Assembly: GCA_963664305.2 (NCBI GenBank)
Contig: CAXXLV010000002.1
Span: 1,600,001-1,664,000 of the forward strand
DNA from: an uncultured Aliarcobacter sp.
GTDB lineage: Bacteria > Campylobacterota > Campylobacteria > Campylobacterales > Arcobacteraceae
Direction of reading: 5' to 3'
Length of the DNA stretch: 64,000 bases
The notes under the pieces are model-generated. The model was given only the letters and a program-made list of their open reading frames with translations. It searched no databases and was not told where the DNA came from. Of this stretch, positions 9,891 through 21,492 are shown in pieces. A program made the position numbers and the translations under genes. Positions within the stretch are counted from its first letter, which is position 1; each line of letters opens with the position of its first letter.

Positions 9891-9995
9891 TAATTTTAAA
9901 CAATTCTCAAAAACAAGAGTTTACACACAATGAAACTTTGAAGCTAAAGCTTCTTTTCATTGGGTAAAATTGTTTATTTGAACTGTCTAAAATTA
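9891..9995. repeat. Long imperfect intergenic palindrome (about 105 bp) between convergent genes
   Basis: Nested pairs GAAGCT/AGCTTC, CAATGAAA/TTTCATTG, TTTAC/GTAAA, AAACAA/TTGTTT, TAATTTTA/TAAAATTA. Confidence 0.6.
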
Positions 9996-10000
9996 TAAAT

Positions 10001-11812
10001 TTATAAATAGAATTTTTTAATAAACTCATCACTTACATCAATAATTTTTCTCTCTCTTAAAGACTTAATTACATCTTTTGTACAATCAACATCATCAGGC
10101 CATCTTCTTTTAAAGTTATCATGAGCATTTTTGTCAGTTGCATCTAAACACATTGTATGCCCATCAATAAATAAATCTCTATTTGAATCGATATTATTAC
10201 AAACTCTCCAAACTAACATATAAGAATTAGTTACATCATTTTTTGCACTATCAACTATTATTAAAATTTTGATATGTTCAAATAGTGGTTTTAACTCTTC
10301 AAAAAGATATTTTTGATTTCTAGTTTTTTCTACACTAATTACACAAATTGGATTTTTAGTATCTTTGAAATATTGTTTTAAAGCTTTTACTTCATTTGAA
10401 ATATTTTGCATTTTTGCTAATAATTCATCATCTTCTAAAAGTGTAATTCCAAGTTCAGCAACTTCATCACCAGTACAATCAAGTCCTAGTTTTCCACCAA
10501 CTGCAAATTTTGGAGATGAATGGTCAAGTGCATCTACAACTCCCTTTGAAATTAACATATCTTCAACATTTATTCTATTTAAAATATATTTTGAAATCTC
10601 TTCATGTGAAGTCAGTTCAGGTGCATCTTCATTTACAAAAATCGCATGTTTAACAAAACTCATTTGCCCTACTCCCCAAAATGCATGCATCATTTGACTT
10701 GCATGTCCAGGATAAAGTGTTTTAATTTTTGCAACAATTAGATTATGGAAAACCCCATTTTCAGGCATATAATAATCTATTAAATCAGGAGCCGTTGTTT
10801 TTAATAATGGTAAGAAGATTCTTTCAGTTGCAAATCCCATGTATTTGTCTTCAAGTGGTGGTTTACCAACAACAGTTGCTAAATATGTAGGATTTTTCTT
10901 ACTTGTAATTGCAGTAACTTCTAAGAATGGATACTCTTCTTCAAGTGTATAGTATCCAGTATGGTCTCCAAATGGTCCTTCAATTCTCATTTTTGAAGGG
11001 TCAACAAAACCTTCAATAATAAAATCGTTATCTTTTGGAACATAAATATCATTTGTAATTGATTTAACTAGTTCTGCATTTTTATTTTTTACAAAACCAT
11101 AAAGCATAAGTTCAAAAATTCCTATTGGAAGTGGAGCTTGCCCACACCAAATATACATAGGATCACCTCCTATTCCAATTGATACTGGCATTTTTTTACC
11201 AGCTTTTTTATACTCATGGAAGAAATGATTTGAGTCTTTATGAATTTGCCAGTGCATTCCTAAAGTTTGGTCATCATAAACTTGAAGTCTATACATTCCA
11301 AGGTTTTTTAATTCACCATTTAAAGAAGTTGTGTACACTTGCCCCATTGTAATAAAAGGACCTCCATCTTGTTCCCAAGTTGTAAGTATTGGTAAATCAG
11401 AAAGTTTTGCATCACTTCCTAATTTTATAACTTGTTGGCACTCACCTTTTCCTTTTAATTTTTTAGGAATAGTATTTTTTAGAGCAAATAATTTTCCAAA
11501 AGTAGATAATTTTTCGCTAAAAGTTGTTGGTGGCTTCATTTTTAAAAGCCCTTCAATTTCAGCTCCAATTTTATCCCCATCTCCAATAAAAAGTCTTACT
11601 GCTTCTTCATTACAAAAAACATTCATTAAAACTGGTATATCAAATTTTTTATTATTTTTTTTATCTACAACATTTGTAAATAATAAAGCTTTAGAGTCCT
11701 CTTTTTTTACTTCAATATAAGCAATATGTGGAATTTCTAAATATATATCTAATTCATCATCAATAACTCTTAGCAAATTATTTTTTCTTAATAGTTCAAT
11801 AGCTTCTTTCAT
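10001..11812 (-). CDS. UbiD-family decarboxylase, menaquinone (futalosine pathway) type
   Basis: DGGPFIT, NLGMYRLQ, EGPFGDHTGYY, VVGKPPLED motifs; 603 aa. Confidence 0.9.
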   Translation of the reverse strand: MKEAIELLRKNNLLRVIDDELDIYLEIPHIAYIEVKKEDSKALLFTNVVDKKNNKKFDIPVLMNVFCNEEAVRLFIGDGDKIGAEIEGLLKMKPPTTFSEKLSTFGKLFALKNTIPKKLKGKGECQQVIKLGSDAKLSDLPILTTWEQDGGPFITMGQVYTTSLNGELKNLGMYRLQVYDDQTLGMHWQIHKDSNHFFHEYKKAGKKMPVSIGIGGDPMYIWCGQAPLPIGIFELMLYGFVKNKNAELVKSITNDIYVPKDNDFIIEGFVDPSKMRIEGPFGDHTGYYTLEEEYPFLEVTAITSKKNPTYLATVVGKPPLEDKYMGFATERIFLPLLKTTAPDLIDYYMPENGVFHNLIVAKIKTLYPGHASQMMHAFWGVGQMSFVKHAIFVNEDAPELTSHEEISKYILNRINVEDMLISKGVVDALDHSSPKFAVGGKLGLDCTGDEVAELGITLLEDDELLAKMQNISNEVKALKQYFKDTKNPICVISVEKTRNQKYLFEELKPLFEHIKILIIVDSAKNDVTNSYMLVWRVCNNIDSNRDLFIDGHTMCLDATDKNAHDNFKRRWPDDVDCTKDVIKSLRERKIIDVSDEFIKKFYL

Positions 11813-11902
11813 TTTTCCCTCAAATCTAATTCATCAGTTAATTAAGTTGAAATCTTATATCATTTTATCCATAAAATATAGTTTATAATAGAGGTTTTAA
11901 GT

Positions 11903-13078
11903 ATGCTTAATAATATTGAATATAATTTTGATGAAGAGATAAATAGAAAAAATACAAATTGTGCAAAATATGATGGATTAAAAAAATATTTTGGTTATGA
12001 AGATTTAAATCCACTTTGGGTAGCTGATATGGATTTTAAAACTCCATCATTTATAAATGATGCAATTATAAAAGCAGCTTCTAACTCTTTATATGGTTAT
12101 AGTATTGATACTCCTGAACTTTATGCTTCAATTATCAATTGGCAAAAAAATGAACATGATTGGCAAATTGAGCAACAAGATATTTTTATGATAAATGGAG
12201 TTGTTCCAGCTTATAGTGCTTGTATTGAAGCTTTTAGTGAAATCGGTGATGAAGTTATAGTTCAAACTCCAATTTATCCACCACTTTTTAAATGTGTTAC
12301 TGCAAATGAAAGAAAAGTAGTTGTAAATGAATTAAAAAAAGATGAAAATGGTTATTACACTATGGATTTGGAAGATTTAGAAAAAAAGATAACTTCTAAA
12401 ACAAAGATTCTAGCACTTTGTTCACCACACAATCCAGTTGGTCGTGTTTGGAGTAAAGAGGAACTTGAAAAATTAGCAAACATTTGTATAAAACACAATA
12501 TCATAATAGTTTCAGATGAAATTCATAGTGATATCACTTTTAAAAAGTTTACTCCACTTGCTTCTATTTCAAAAGAGATTGCAAATCAAACAATTACACT
12601 CAATAGTGCTGGAAAAACTTTTAATATAGCAGGGTTAAATTGTGCATATGCAATAAGTAAAAATGAAGAAATTTTAAATAAATTTAAAAAAATCGCAATT
12701 AAAAGAGAGATAAATTCAATTAATTTTTTTGGTTATGTTTCAACAAAAGCAGCATATGAAAATGGTTCATTATTTGTTAAAGAATTAAAAAAATATATCA
12801 TGAATAATATTTTATTTACAAAAGATTTTATAAATAAAAATGAACTAAAAATCAATTTTTTTGTACCTGAAGCAACTTATTTATTATGGTTAGATTTTTC
12901 AAAAACAAATTTATCTCATAATGAAATAAAAGATAAGCTACTTACAAAGTCTAAAATAGCCCTAAATGATGGTGTTTCTTTTGGTAGCAATGGAAATAAA
13001 TATTTTAGATTAAATACAGCATTAAGTCAGAATGCCCTAAAAATAGCCTTAGAACAATTATCTAAAGAGTTTAAATAA
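11903..13078 (+). CDS. MalY/PatB family PLP-dependent C-S lyase
   Basis: PLWVADMDF, LCSPHNPVGRVW, SDEIHSD, SAGKTFNIAGL. Confidence 0.93.
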   Translation: MLNNIEYNFDEEINRKNTNCAKYDGLKKYFGYEDLNPLWVADMDFKTPSFINDAIIKAASNSLYGYSIDTPELYASIINWQKNEHDWQIEQQDIFMINGVVPAYSACIEAFSEIGDEVIVQTPIYPPLFKCVTANERKVVVNELKKDENGYYTMDLEDLEKKITSKTKILALCSPHNPVGRVWSKEELEKLANICIKHNIIIVSDEIHSDITFKKFTPLASISKEIANQTITLNSAGKTFNIAGLNCAYAISKNEEILNKFKKIAIKREINSINFFGYVSTKAAYENGSLFVKELKKYIMNNILFTKDFINKNELKINFFVPEATYLLWLDFSKTNLSHNEIKDKLLTKSKIALNDGVSFGSNGNKYFRLNTALSQNALKIALEQLSKEFK

Positions 13079-13208
13079 AGACAAATAAGTAAAGTATTAC
13101 ATTTTTTCTCACTATTTCTATAATACTTTAGAAATAGGGAAAAAACTTTATTATGTATTCTAAAATAGTGTACAATCATTTAATAATATTAATAAATAGG
13201 GAAATAAA

Positions 13209-13571
13209 ATGTCAACTGAATTAATATTGGCTTCTGTAATTTTTGTTTCTATCGGACTTATTCTTTCTGGTGTATTTGTTTTAACTAGATTTATTGGTCC
13301 TAAAAATGAAAAATCAGAAATAAAAAATAGTGTTTACGAAAGTGGTATTACTAATCCTGTTGGAAATACAAATATCAGATTTTCTGTAAAATTTTATTTA
13401 GTTGCCATTTCCTTTTTATTATTTGATGTGGAAATCGTTTTTATGTTTCCTTGGGCTGTAAATGTTGCTGAATTAGGATATTATGGACTATTCAAAATGT
13501 TTATATTTATGGGATTGTTATTCGCAGGTTTAATTTATATCTATAAGAAAAAGGCGCTATCATGGGATTAG
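13209..13571 (+). CDS. nuoA: NADH-quinone oxidoreductase subunit A
   Basis: [18 protein letters not shown]. Confidence 0.97.
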   Translation: MSTELILASVIFVSIGLILSGVFVLTRFIGPKNEKSEIKNSVYESGITNPVGNTNIRFSVKFYLVAISFLLFDVEIVFMFPWAVNVAELGYYGLFKMFIFMGLLFAGLIYIYKKKALSWD

Positions 13572-14077
13572 GAGTTGAGTCGAAACTTGGTGATTCTATT
13601 GTTACAACTAGACTTGATCACGCTATAAACTGGGGAAGATCATATTCTTTATGGCCAATGGCATTTGGTACTGCTTGTTGTGGTATTGAATTTATGGCAG
13701 TTGCGGGTTCTAAATATGATTTATCTAGATTTGGGGCAGAAGTTGTAAGATTTTCTCCAAGACAAGCGGATTTATTAATAGTTGCGGGAACAATTTCATA
13801 TAAACAAGCACCTATTTTAAAAAAAATCTATGAACAAATGTGCGAACCTAAATGGGTTATCTCAATGGGAGCTTGTGCTTGTAGTGGCGGATTTTATGAT
13901 AATTATACAACTGTTCAAGGAATTGATCAAATCATTCCAGTAGATGAATATATTGCAGGTTGTCCTCCTCGTCCAGAAGCAGTACTTGATGCTATTATGA
14001 GAATTCAAGAAAAAGCAAAAGATGAATCAATTTTAAAAGATAGAGTCAAAGATTATAAAGGATTTTTAGATGTTTAA
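13562..14077 (+). CDS. nuoB: NADH-quinone oxidoreductase subunit B
   Basis: [22 protein letters not shown]. Confidence 0.98.
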   Translation: MGLGVESKLGDSIVTTRLDHAINWGRSYSLWPMAFGTACCGIEFMAVAGSKYDLSRFGAEVVRFSPRQADLLIVAGTISYKQAPILKKIYEQMCEPKWVISMGACACSGGFYDNYTTVQGIDQIIPVDEYIAGCPPRPEAVLDAIMRIQEKAKDESILKDRVKDYKGFLDV

Positions 14078-15704
14078 TTGTGATATGTTAATCGATTCTA
14101 AAGATTTAAAATCGACTATTTCTAAACTTAAAAATGATGAAAATTACACAATATTACTTGATATTACTGCTGTAGATTATTCAAAATATCCAGATGTTAC
14201 ACCTTCTAGATTTGCTGTAGTTTATATTTTAAGAGATTCAACTTTTAAAAAACAAATTTCTATCAAATCTTTTGTAAATGATGAAACTTTAGAAATAGAT
14301 TCCCTTTGTGATTTATATGAATCTGCAAATTGGGGAGAAAGAGAAACTTATGACCAATATGGAATAAAATTTGTTGGTCATCCTAATTTAAAAAGAGTTT
14401 TAAACCATCATCAATTTGTTGGTCATCCTCTAAGAAAAGATTATGAAACTACAAAAGGTCAAATCTGTACTAATACTGAAGATTTGATGGATGAAATGTT
14501 ACCTTTACTAAAATCTAAAGGTTATGATGATGAAGAGATAAAAGATTTAATGCTTTTAAATGTTGGACCTTCTCATCCAGCATCACATGGAACAATTAGA
14601 AATTTTGTTGCTATGGAAGGTGAAACAATTACAGCTTGTATAACTGAAATTGGATATTTACATAGAGGTTTTGAAAAATCTTGTGAAAATCATACATATT
14701 CTCAAATCATTCCATATACAGATAGATTAAACTATTGTAGTGCAATTTTAAACAATATTGGTTATTCAAAAGCTGTTGAAGAGATGCTTGGAATTGATAT
14801 AACTCCAAGAGCCAAAATGATTAGAATAGTTATTGGGGAACTAAGTAGAATTATCGACCACCTTGTTTGTAATGCAGCAAATATGGTTGACCTTGGTGGA
14901 CTAACAAACTTTTGGTATCTATTTGCACCAAGAGATAAAGCTTATGAATTATTATCAAAATTAACAGGTGCAAGACTTACAAATACTTACACTAGAATTG
15001 GTGGTTTAGAATTTGATTTATATGATGGATTTAGTGAAGATTTATTCGAAGTCTTAAAAGATGTTGAAACTGCAATAGATGATGCATTATCACTAATCGC
15101 TCATAATAAAATCTTTTTAGATAGAACTCAAGATGTAGGTGTTATAAAAGCAGATTTTGCACTAAGAAATGGAATATCAGGACCAAATTTAAGAGCTGCT
15201 GGTGTTGCTCATGATTTAAGAAAAGACAAACCATATTATGGTTATGAAAACTTTGATTTTGATATGGTAATTGGAAGCCATGGTGATGTTTATGACAGAA
15301 TGATGTGTAGATTTGAAGAGATGAAACAATCTATTAGAATTATTAAACAAGCTATGAAAAATCTTCCTGATGGTGATATAAATGTTAATGCTCCAGGAGT
15401 ATTACTTCCTTCAAAAAAAGATGTTTATGGAAATATTGAAGGTTTAATGAATCAATTTAAACTTACATTTGAAGGAATTCATGTACCAAAAGGTGAATAC
15501 TATTCTTCAACAGAAGCTGCAAATGGAGAGTTAGGATTTTTTATAGTTAGTGATGGAAGTGGAAAACCTTATAAAGTAAAATGTAGACCACCATGTTTTT
15601 ATTCATTAGCTGCTTATTCAAAAATTGTTGAAGGTGGAATGCTTGCTGATGCAGTTGTAACAATGGCAAGTATGAATTTTATTGCAGGGGAGTTTGATAG
15701 ATAA
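14070..15704 (+). CDS. nuoCD: NADH-quinone oxidoreductase fused subunit C/D
   Basis: NuoC GHPLRKDY followed by Nuo[24 protein letters not shown]. Confidence 0.96.
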   Translation: MFNCDMLIDSKDLKSTISKLKNDENYTILLDITAVDYSKYPDVTPSRFAVVYILRDSTFKKQISIKSFVNDETLEIDSLCDLYESANWGERETYDQYGIKFVGHPNLKRVLNHHQFVGHPLRKDYETTKGQICTNTEDLMDEMLPLLKSKGYDDEEIKDLMLLNVGPSHPASHGTIRNFVAMEGETITACITEIGYLHRGFEKSCENHTYSQIIPYTDRLNYCSAILNNIGYSKAVEEMLGIDITPRAKMIRIVIGELSRIIDHLVCNAANMVDLGGLTNFWYLFAPRDKAYELLSKLTGARLTNTYTRIGGLEFDLYDGFSEDLFEVLKDVETAIDDALSLIAHNKIFLDRTQDVGVIKADFALRNGISGPNLRAAGVAHDLRKDKPYYGYENFDFDMVIGSHGDVYDRMMCRFEEMKQSIRIIKQAMKNLPDGDINVNAPGVLLPSKKDVYGNIEGLMNQFKLTFEGIHVPKGEYYSSTEAANGELGFFIVSDGSGKPYKVKCRPPCFYSLAAYSKIVEGGMLADAVVTMASMNFIAGEFDR

Positions 15705-16189
15705 TGAATACATTTGAATACACACCTGAAAATGAAATAAAATTTCAAGAATATGTATCAAGATATCCAAAAATTGATTCTTGTATGTTACCTGCACTTT
15801 GGTTAGTTCAAGAGCAAATTGGATGGATAAGTCCTGAAGCTATGATTTATGTGGCAGAAAAACTTGGTAAAACTCCTATTCAAGTATATGAAGTTGCAAC
15901 TTTTTATACAATGTTTAACTTAAAACCAATAGGAAAGTATCATATTGAACTTTGTAAAACTGTCTCTTGTATGTTATGTGGTAGCCGTGAATTAAAAAAA
16001 CATATAAAAGAAACTATAGGAATAGATGCTGGTCAAACAAGTGACGATGGATTATTCACACTAACTGAAGTTGAATGTCTTGGAGCTTGTGGTGGGGCGC
16101 CTATGTTTGCATTAAATGGAGAGTATCACGAAAAATTAACTAAAGAAAAAGTTGATGAGCTTATAAAGGAGTGTAGAAATGATAACTAA
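15704..16189 (+). CDS. nuoE: NADH-quinone oxidoreductase subunit E
   Basis: VATFYTMF, C-x4-C ... CLGAC 2Fe-2S ligands. Confidence 0.96.
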   Translation: MNTFEYTPENEIKFQEYVSRYPKIDSCMLPALWLVQEQIGWISPEAMIYVAEKLGKTPIQVYEVATFYTMFNLKPIGKYHIELCKTVSCMLCGSRELKKHIKETIGIDAGQTSDDGLFTLTEVECLGACGGAPMFALNGEYHEKLTKEKVDELIKECRNDN

Positions 16190-17429
16190 AATTGTAAGTA
16201 AAAATTTTGACATTCCAAATTCACATAAGCTTGAAGTAGCTCTTGCAAATGGTAGATACTCTTCTATAGATAAATTATTTTCAATGACTCCTGATGAAGT
16301 TACTGCTGAAGTGACAAAATCAGGCCTTAGAGGAAAAGGTGGTGGTGGAGCTCCATGTGGACCTAAATGGGAGCTAATGCCTCCAGTTGATGAACGTCCT
16401 AGATATTTAATAGTAAATGGTGATGAAAGTGAGCCTGGAACTTTTAAAGATAGACAAATTTTTCAATATGACCCTCATCTTTTAATTGAGGGTATTATTT
16501 GTACATGTTATGCAATTAGTGCACACCATGCTTATATCTATATAAGAGGTGAATATAAATTCTTTATTGATAGAGTAAATGCAGCTATAAAAGAAGCCTA
16601 TGAAGCTGGAATAATTGGGGATAAAATCATGAATAAATATGATTTTAAACTTGATATTACTGTTCATAGAGGAGGAGGTGCATATATTTGTGGTGAAAAA
16701 TCTGCACTAATTGAATCACTTGAAGGAAAACGTGGACATCCAAGACTTAAACCACATGGAAAAGAGTGTGAATGGTTCTTTGATAATCCTGCAACTGTTA
16801 ATAATGTAGAAACTATATCTTCTGTTCCAAATATTGTAGAAAATGGAGCACAAGGTTACACAAAATATGGAACAGAAAAATCACCAGGAACAATGCTATT
16901 TGCTATTTCAGGACCAGTTAATAATCCTGGTGTTTATGAAATGGCATATGGTAATAAAATGATAGATTTTCTTAACATTCTAGGTGGTGGAATGAAAGAA
17001 GGAAAAAAATTAAAAGCAATTATCCCAGGAGGTTCATCTTGTCCTATACTAACCGCTTCTGAAGTAGAAAAGGCAGTATTAGACTATGAATCAATGTGGG
17101 ATATTGGTTCAACTTTAGGTACAGGAGGAATGATAGTAATTGATGAAGATACATCTATGGTTGATGTAGCAAAAAATATTATAGAATTTTATCACCATGA
17201 GTCTTGCGGTCAATGTACACCTTGTAGAGAGGGTACAGGATGGATAGATAAGATTTTGAAAAAAATCTTAAGTGGCGATGCTTCAAATGAAGATTTAAAA
17301 ACTATACTTGATGTTTGTAATACTATGAATGGAAAAACAATTTGTGTTTTTGCACCAGCAGTAAAAGATATCATTTCAAGTATTATTAAAAAATTCCCAG
17401 ACGAATTTAAAACATATTTAAAAAACTAA
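16179..17429 (+). CDS. nuoF: NADH-quinone oxidoreductase subunit F
   Basis: SGLRGKGGGG, NGDESEPGTFKDR, GAYICGE, ESCGQCTPCREG. Confidence 0.96.
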   Translation: MITKIVSKNFDIPNSHKLEVALANGRYSSIDKLFSMTPDEVTAEVTKSGLRGKGGGGAPCGPKWELMPPVDERPRYLIVNGDESEPGTFKDRQIFQYDPHLLIEGIICTCYAISAHHAYIYIRGEYKFFIDRVNAAIKEAYEAGIIGDKIMNKYDFKLDITVHRGGGAYICGEKSALIESLEGKRGHPRLKPHGKECEWFFDNPATVNNVETISSVPNIVENGAQGYTKYGTEKSPGTMLFAISGPVNNPGVYEMAYGNKMIDFLNILGGGMKEGKKLKAIIPGGSSCPILTASEVEKAVLDYESMWDIGSTLGTGGMIVIDEDTSMVDVAKNIIEFYHHESCGQCTPCREGTGWIDKILKKILSGDASNEDLKTILDVCNTMNGKTICVFAPAVKDIISSIIKKFPDEFKTYLKN

Positions 17430-17460
17430 AATTTAATTTATTTATAGGAGAAAAGAAATA

Positions 17461-18747
17461 ATGGCAAAAAATACAATGACGTTGACAGACAATAGAAATG
17501 GTAAATCATATGAGTATAATATTATTGATGGTACAAGAGGACCAAGCGTAGTAGATATCTCTACTTTTTATAAAGATTCAGGTATGTTCACTTATGACCC
17601 AGGTTATACTTCAACTGCATCTTGTGAATCAAAAATCACATTTATTGATGGTGAAAATTCAGAGTTAAGATATAGAGGATATGACATTGCTGATTTAGCT
17701 GGAAAACACTCTTTCTTAGATGTTTCTTATTTATTAATGAGAGGAAAACTTCCAACTCCAGAAGCTTCTAAAAACTTTGATTTAGAAATTAGACATAGAT
17801 CTTTCTTAAATGAAGGTATCATTAGATTATTTGATGCATTACCAGATGGTGCACACCCAATGGCAACTATGGGAGCAGCAACTATGGCACTTGCAGCATT
17901 CTATAAAGATCACTTACATTTAGAAGATGAAGAACAATTCAAAATGATGAGAAGAAGAATCTTAGCTAAAATGCCAGTAATTGCTGCTATGGCTTATAGA
18001 AATTCAATTGGTACTCCACTAATTTACCCAGATGTAAATAGATATTTCACTGAAAACTTCTTATATATGTTAAGAGCATATCCAGGTGGAAGAATGAAAT
18101 ATTTAGGTGATGGAAAAAATGATGAAATCAAACAAGTTGAAATTGATGCATTAGATGCAATCTTAACTTTACATGCTGACCACGAACAAAATGCTTCTAC
18201 AACAACGGTAAGAAACGTTGGTTCAACAGAAGCTCACCCTTATGTTGCTATCGCATCTGGTATTTCTGCATTATGGGGATCAGCTCACGGTGGTGCTAAT
18301 GAAAAAGTTATGGATCAATTAAAATTAATTGGTGATGTTAAAAATGTTCCTACTTATATTGCAAAAGCAAAAGATAAGAATGATCCATTTAGATTAATGG
18401 GATTCGGACACAGAGTTTATAAAAACAGAGATCCAAGAGCTGAAACATTAAAAGGATTACAAGATAAATTAAGAGAAGAATTAAAACTTGACTCTAAATT
18501 ACTTGATATTGCTGCTGCTGTTGAAGAAGCTGCGTTAAATGATGATTACTTCAAACAAAGAGGTTTATATCCAAATATTGACTTCTATTCTGGTGTAATT
18601 TTAACTGCACTTAAAATTCCTGTTGAAATGTTTACTCCAATCTTCGTTATTGGTAGAACTCCAGGATGGTTAGCACAATGGTCTGAATTAAAACAAGATC
18701 CTAAACATAAAATTGCTAGACCAAGACAATTATATACAGGGAACTAA
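17461..18747 (+). CDS. gltA: Citrate synthase (type II)
   Basis: TYDPGY, HADHEQNAST, HGGANE, LMGFGHRVY, PNIDFYSG. Confidence 0.97.
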   Translation: MAKNTMTLTDNRNGKSYEYNIIDGTRGPSVVDISTFYKDSGMFTYDPGYTSTASCESKITFIDGENSELRYRGYDIADLAGKHSFLDVSYLLMRGKLPTPEASKNFDLEIRHRSFLNEGIIRLFDALPDGAHPMATMGAATMALAAFYKDHLHLEDEEQFKMMRRRILAKMPVIAAMAYRNSIGTPLIYPDVNRYFTENFLYMLRAYPGGRMKYLGDGKNDEIKQVEIDALDAILTLHADHEQNASTTTVRNVGSTEAHPYVAIASGISALWGSAHGGANEKVMDQLKLIGDVKNVPTYIAKAKDKNDPFRLMGFGHRVYKNRDPRAETLKGLQDKLREELKLDSKLLDIAAAVEEAALNDDYFKQRGLYPNIDFYSGVILTALKIPVEMFTPIFVIGRTPGWLAQWSELKQDPKHKIARPRQLYTGN

Positions 18748-18783
18748 GAAAAACAAAAAACTCAAAAGTTTAAGGGGATATTT

Positions 18784-20220
18784 ATGGCTGAGATGGTTAA
18801 TATTACAATCAATGGCATACAAATGCAAGCTACAAAAGGTAGCTTGTTGATTGATAAATTACTGGATGAGAATGTTCATATCCCTCACTTTTGCTATCAT
18901 CAAGCATTAGGTAAAGATGGAAACTGTAGAATGTGTATGGTTGAAATCGAAGGTCAAAAAAGACCACAAATTGCCTGTGACACTCCTATAAAAGATGGGA
19001 TGATTGTAAGAACAAAAGGTGAGAATATCGAGAAAGTAAGACGAGAAATTCTTGAACTTGAACTTATAAATCATCCTATTGATTGTCCAACTTGTGACCA
19101 AGCTGGAGAATGTAAACTACAAGATTACTACATGGAATCTGGATTTTATGAATCAAGAATAAATGTAAATTCTAAAAATCATGCAAGAAAAAGAGTTGAT
19201 ATTGGCTCTAATGTAATGTTAGACCAAGAAAGATGTGTACTTTGTACAAGATGTGTTAGATTTTGTTCAGATATAACAAAAACAAATGAATTAGGTGTTA
19301 TAAGTCGTGCTGATCATTCAGTTATTGGAATTTTTCCAGGGCGACCTCTAAATAATCCATATGCCATGAATGTTATTGATTTATGTCCTGTTGGTGCTTT
19401 AACAAATAAAGATTTTAGATTTAAACAAAGAGTTTGGTTCTTAGAAACTTTTGATGCAATTTGTAATGGGTGTTCAAAAGGTTGTAATATTTTTGTTGAC
19501 CATAGAAAAGAAAAATATAAAGATGACCAAATTTTTAGATTTAGACCAAGAGTAAATAGAGCAATAAATGGTTGGTTTATATGTGACGAAGGAAGATTAT
19601 CTTACTCAAAAGAAAACGATAAAAGATTTGAAACTCCTTTAGTTAATAAAAATATATCTGATATAAATTCAACTATTGCAAATATTTTTAAAGAATTAAC
19701 TACAAATAAAAATATCCTAATGGTATTAAGTGCAAATCTTTCTTATGAAGAAATGTTAAATTTAAAAAATTTAGCAACAAAATTAAATATAAATTTATCA
19801 GGATATTCACCAAATACATTTGATGAAAATTTTGGTGATGATTATTTAAGACAAAAAGACAAAACATCAAATAGAGCTTCTTTTAAAGAACTAGAAATTG
19901 ATGAAACAAAAGAATTTTTTGAAAATAGTTTAAACAATGCTACTTTAGTAGTTATAATAGAAAATGATTTTTTTGAGAATAATACAAAATTATTAGAAAA
20001 TAAAAAAGTTATCTCTTTTTTTAGTCATTTATGTATGACTATTGGTTATTCAAATATTGCTGTTCCTCTTGCTTCATTTTATGAAAAATCTGGAACTTAT
20101 ATAAATTGTGATGGGATTAAACAAAAAGTTATTTCAAAAATGAATAAAAATAATCCAATGCAAACTATAACTACAATTATAGAAAATTTGAAATCTATGA
20201 TTGAAAAAGGAACTCTATGA
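18784..20220 (+). CDS. nuoG: NADH-quinone oxidoreductase subunit G (short, 478 aa)
   Basis: IPHFCYH, CRMCMVE, NHPIDCPTCDQAGEC, RCVLCTRCVRFC. Confidence 0.93.
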   Translation: MAEMVNITINGIQMQATKGSLLIDKLLDENVHIPHFCYHQALGKDGNCRMCMVEIEGQKRPQIACDTPIKDGMIVRTKGENIEKVRREILELELINHPIDCPTCDQAGECKLQDYYMESGFYESRINVNSKNHARKRVDIGSNVMLDQERCVLCTRCVRFCSDITKTNELGVISRADHSVIGIFPGRPLNNPYAMNVIDLCPVGALTNKDFRFKQRVWFLETFDAICNGCSKGCNIFVDHRKEKYKDDQIFRFRPRVNRAINGWFICDEGRLSYSKENDKRFETPLVNKNISDINSTIANIFKELTTNKNILMVLSANLSYEEMLNLKNLATKLNINLSGYSPNTFDENFGDDYLRQKDKTSNRASFKELEIDETKEFFENSLNNATLVVIIENDFFENNTKLLENKKVISFFSHLCMTIGYSNIAVPLASFYEKSGTYINCDGIKQKVISKMNKNNPMQTITTIIENLKSMIEKGTL

Positions 20221-21491
20221 GTAGCACAATTATAATTATAGTAAATATTGTAATAGCTGCATTATTAGCAGTTGGATTGACACCTTTGTTTGTTTGGTGG
20301 GAAAGAAGAGTTTCAGGATTTATGCAAGATAGAAGTGGACCAAATAGATGTAATATCGGTCCTTTTAGATTAGGTGGATTAATTCAAAGTTTTGCAGATA
20401 TGCTAAAGCTTGTTTTTAAAGAAGATTTTACCCCTTCTCATATTAGATATAAATTTTTCTTTACAGTTGCTCCAGTAATTGTATTTTTATGTTCTTTTTT
20501 AACTTTTGCAGTTATTCCATTTGCTGATGTTTTGGTTATTGATGGAAAAGAAAATATTATGCAAGCAATTCCAAATGAACTTGGAATTATGTGGTTTATA
20601 GCATTTGCTGGACTTAGTGTTTATGGAATAATTCTTGGAGGTTACTCATCAGGAAGTAAATATGGACTTTTAGGTTCAATAAGAGCTAGTGCACAAGTTA
20701 TTTCATATGAAGCAGCTATGGGACTTGCAATTATTTCTATGATTATTTCTTATGGTTCAATTCATTTAACTGATATGGTAAATGCTCAAAGTGGAACATA
20801 TTTAGGATTTATTCCAATGTGGGGAATTTTTATTCAACCACTAGCAGCAGTTATTTTTATAGTTTGTGCATTTGCAGAAACAAATAGAGCACCTTTTGAC
20901 TTAGCAGAGGGAGAATCAGAATTAGTTGCAGGTTATCATACAGAATATAGTGCAATGAAATTTGGTCTTTTCCAAGTTGGTGAATATGCTGCAATGAGTG
21001 CTTCAAGTGCATTAATTGTAACTCTGTTTTTCGGAGGATATCAAGTCCCTTGGTTAGATACTCACCAAATACAAAGTAATATAAATTATGTCATTTTAGC
21101 AATTATTATAATTCTTCCTTTAAAAATTTTCTTCTTTACAAGATGGATGAAAAAAAACAATAAAGCAATAGGTGAAAATAAAAGTAGAGAAAAAGAGACT
21201 AAAATCTTAACTATTTCATTTTGGTTTATTTGTGTAATTATAGTTGCTCTTTTAATTTCATTTTTACTTACAGGATTAGGTTCAAATGGAGTAAATATTA
21301 CAACTGCAGTAATTCAAGTAGGAACTTTTTTAATCAAGTTTTTTATGATGGCATTTGTTTATATTTGGGTAAGATGGACTGTTTTAAGATTTAGATATGA
21401 CCAATTACAGATGTTGGGTTGGAAAGTTTTAATTCCATTAGCTCTTTTAAATATCGTAGTTACTGCGATTATAGTTGTAGTAGGAAAATAA
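20217..21491 (+). CDS. nuoH: NADH-quinone oxidoreductase subunit H
   Basis: ERR...QDRSGPN, AETNRAPFDLAEGESELVAGY, RFRYDQL. Confidence 0.96.
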   Translation: MSSTIIIIVNIVIAALLAVGLTPLFVWWERRVSGFMQDRSGPNRCNIGPFRLGGLIQSFADMLKLVFKEDFTPSHIRYKFFFTVAPVIVFLCSFLTFAVIPFADVLVIDGKENIMQAIPNELGIMWFIAFAGLSVYGIILGGYSSGSKYGLLGSIRASAQVISYEAAMGLAIISMIISYGSIHLTDMVNAQSGTYLGFIPMWGIFIQPLAAVIFIVCAFAETNRAPFDLAEGESELVAGYHTEYSAMKFGLFQVGEYAAMSASSALIVTLFFGGYQVPWLDTHQIQSNINYVILAIIIILPLKIFFFTRWMKKNNKAIGENKSREKETKILTISFWFICVIIVALLISFLLTGLGSNGVNITTAVIQVGTFLIKFFMMAFVYIWVRWTVLRFRYDQLQMLGWKVLIPLALLNIVVTAIIVVVGK

Positions 21492-21492
21492 G

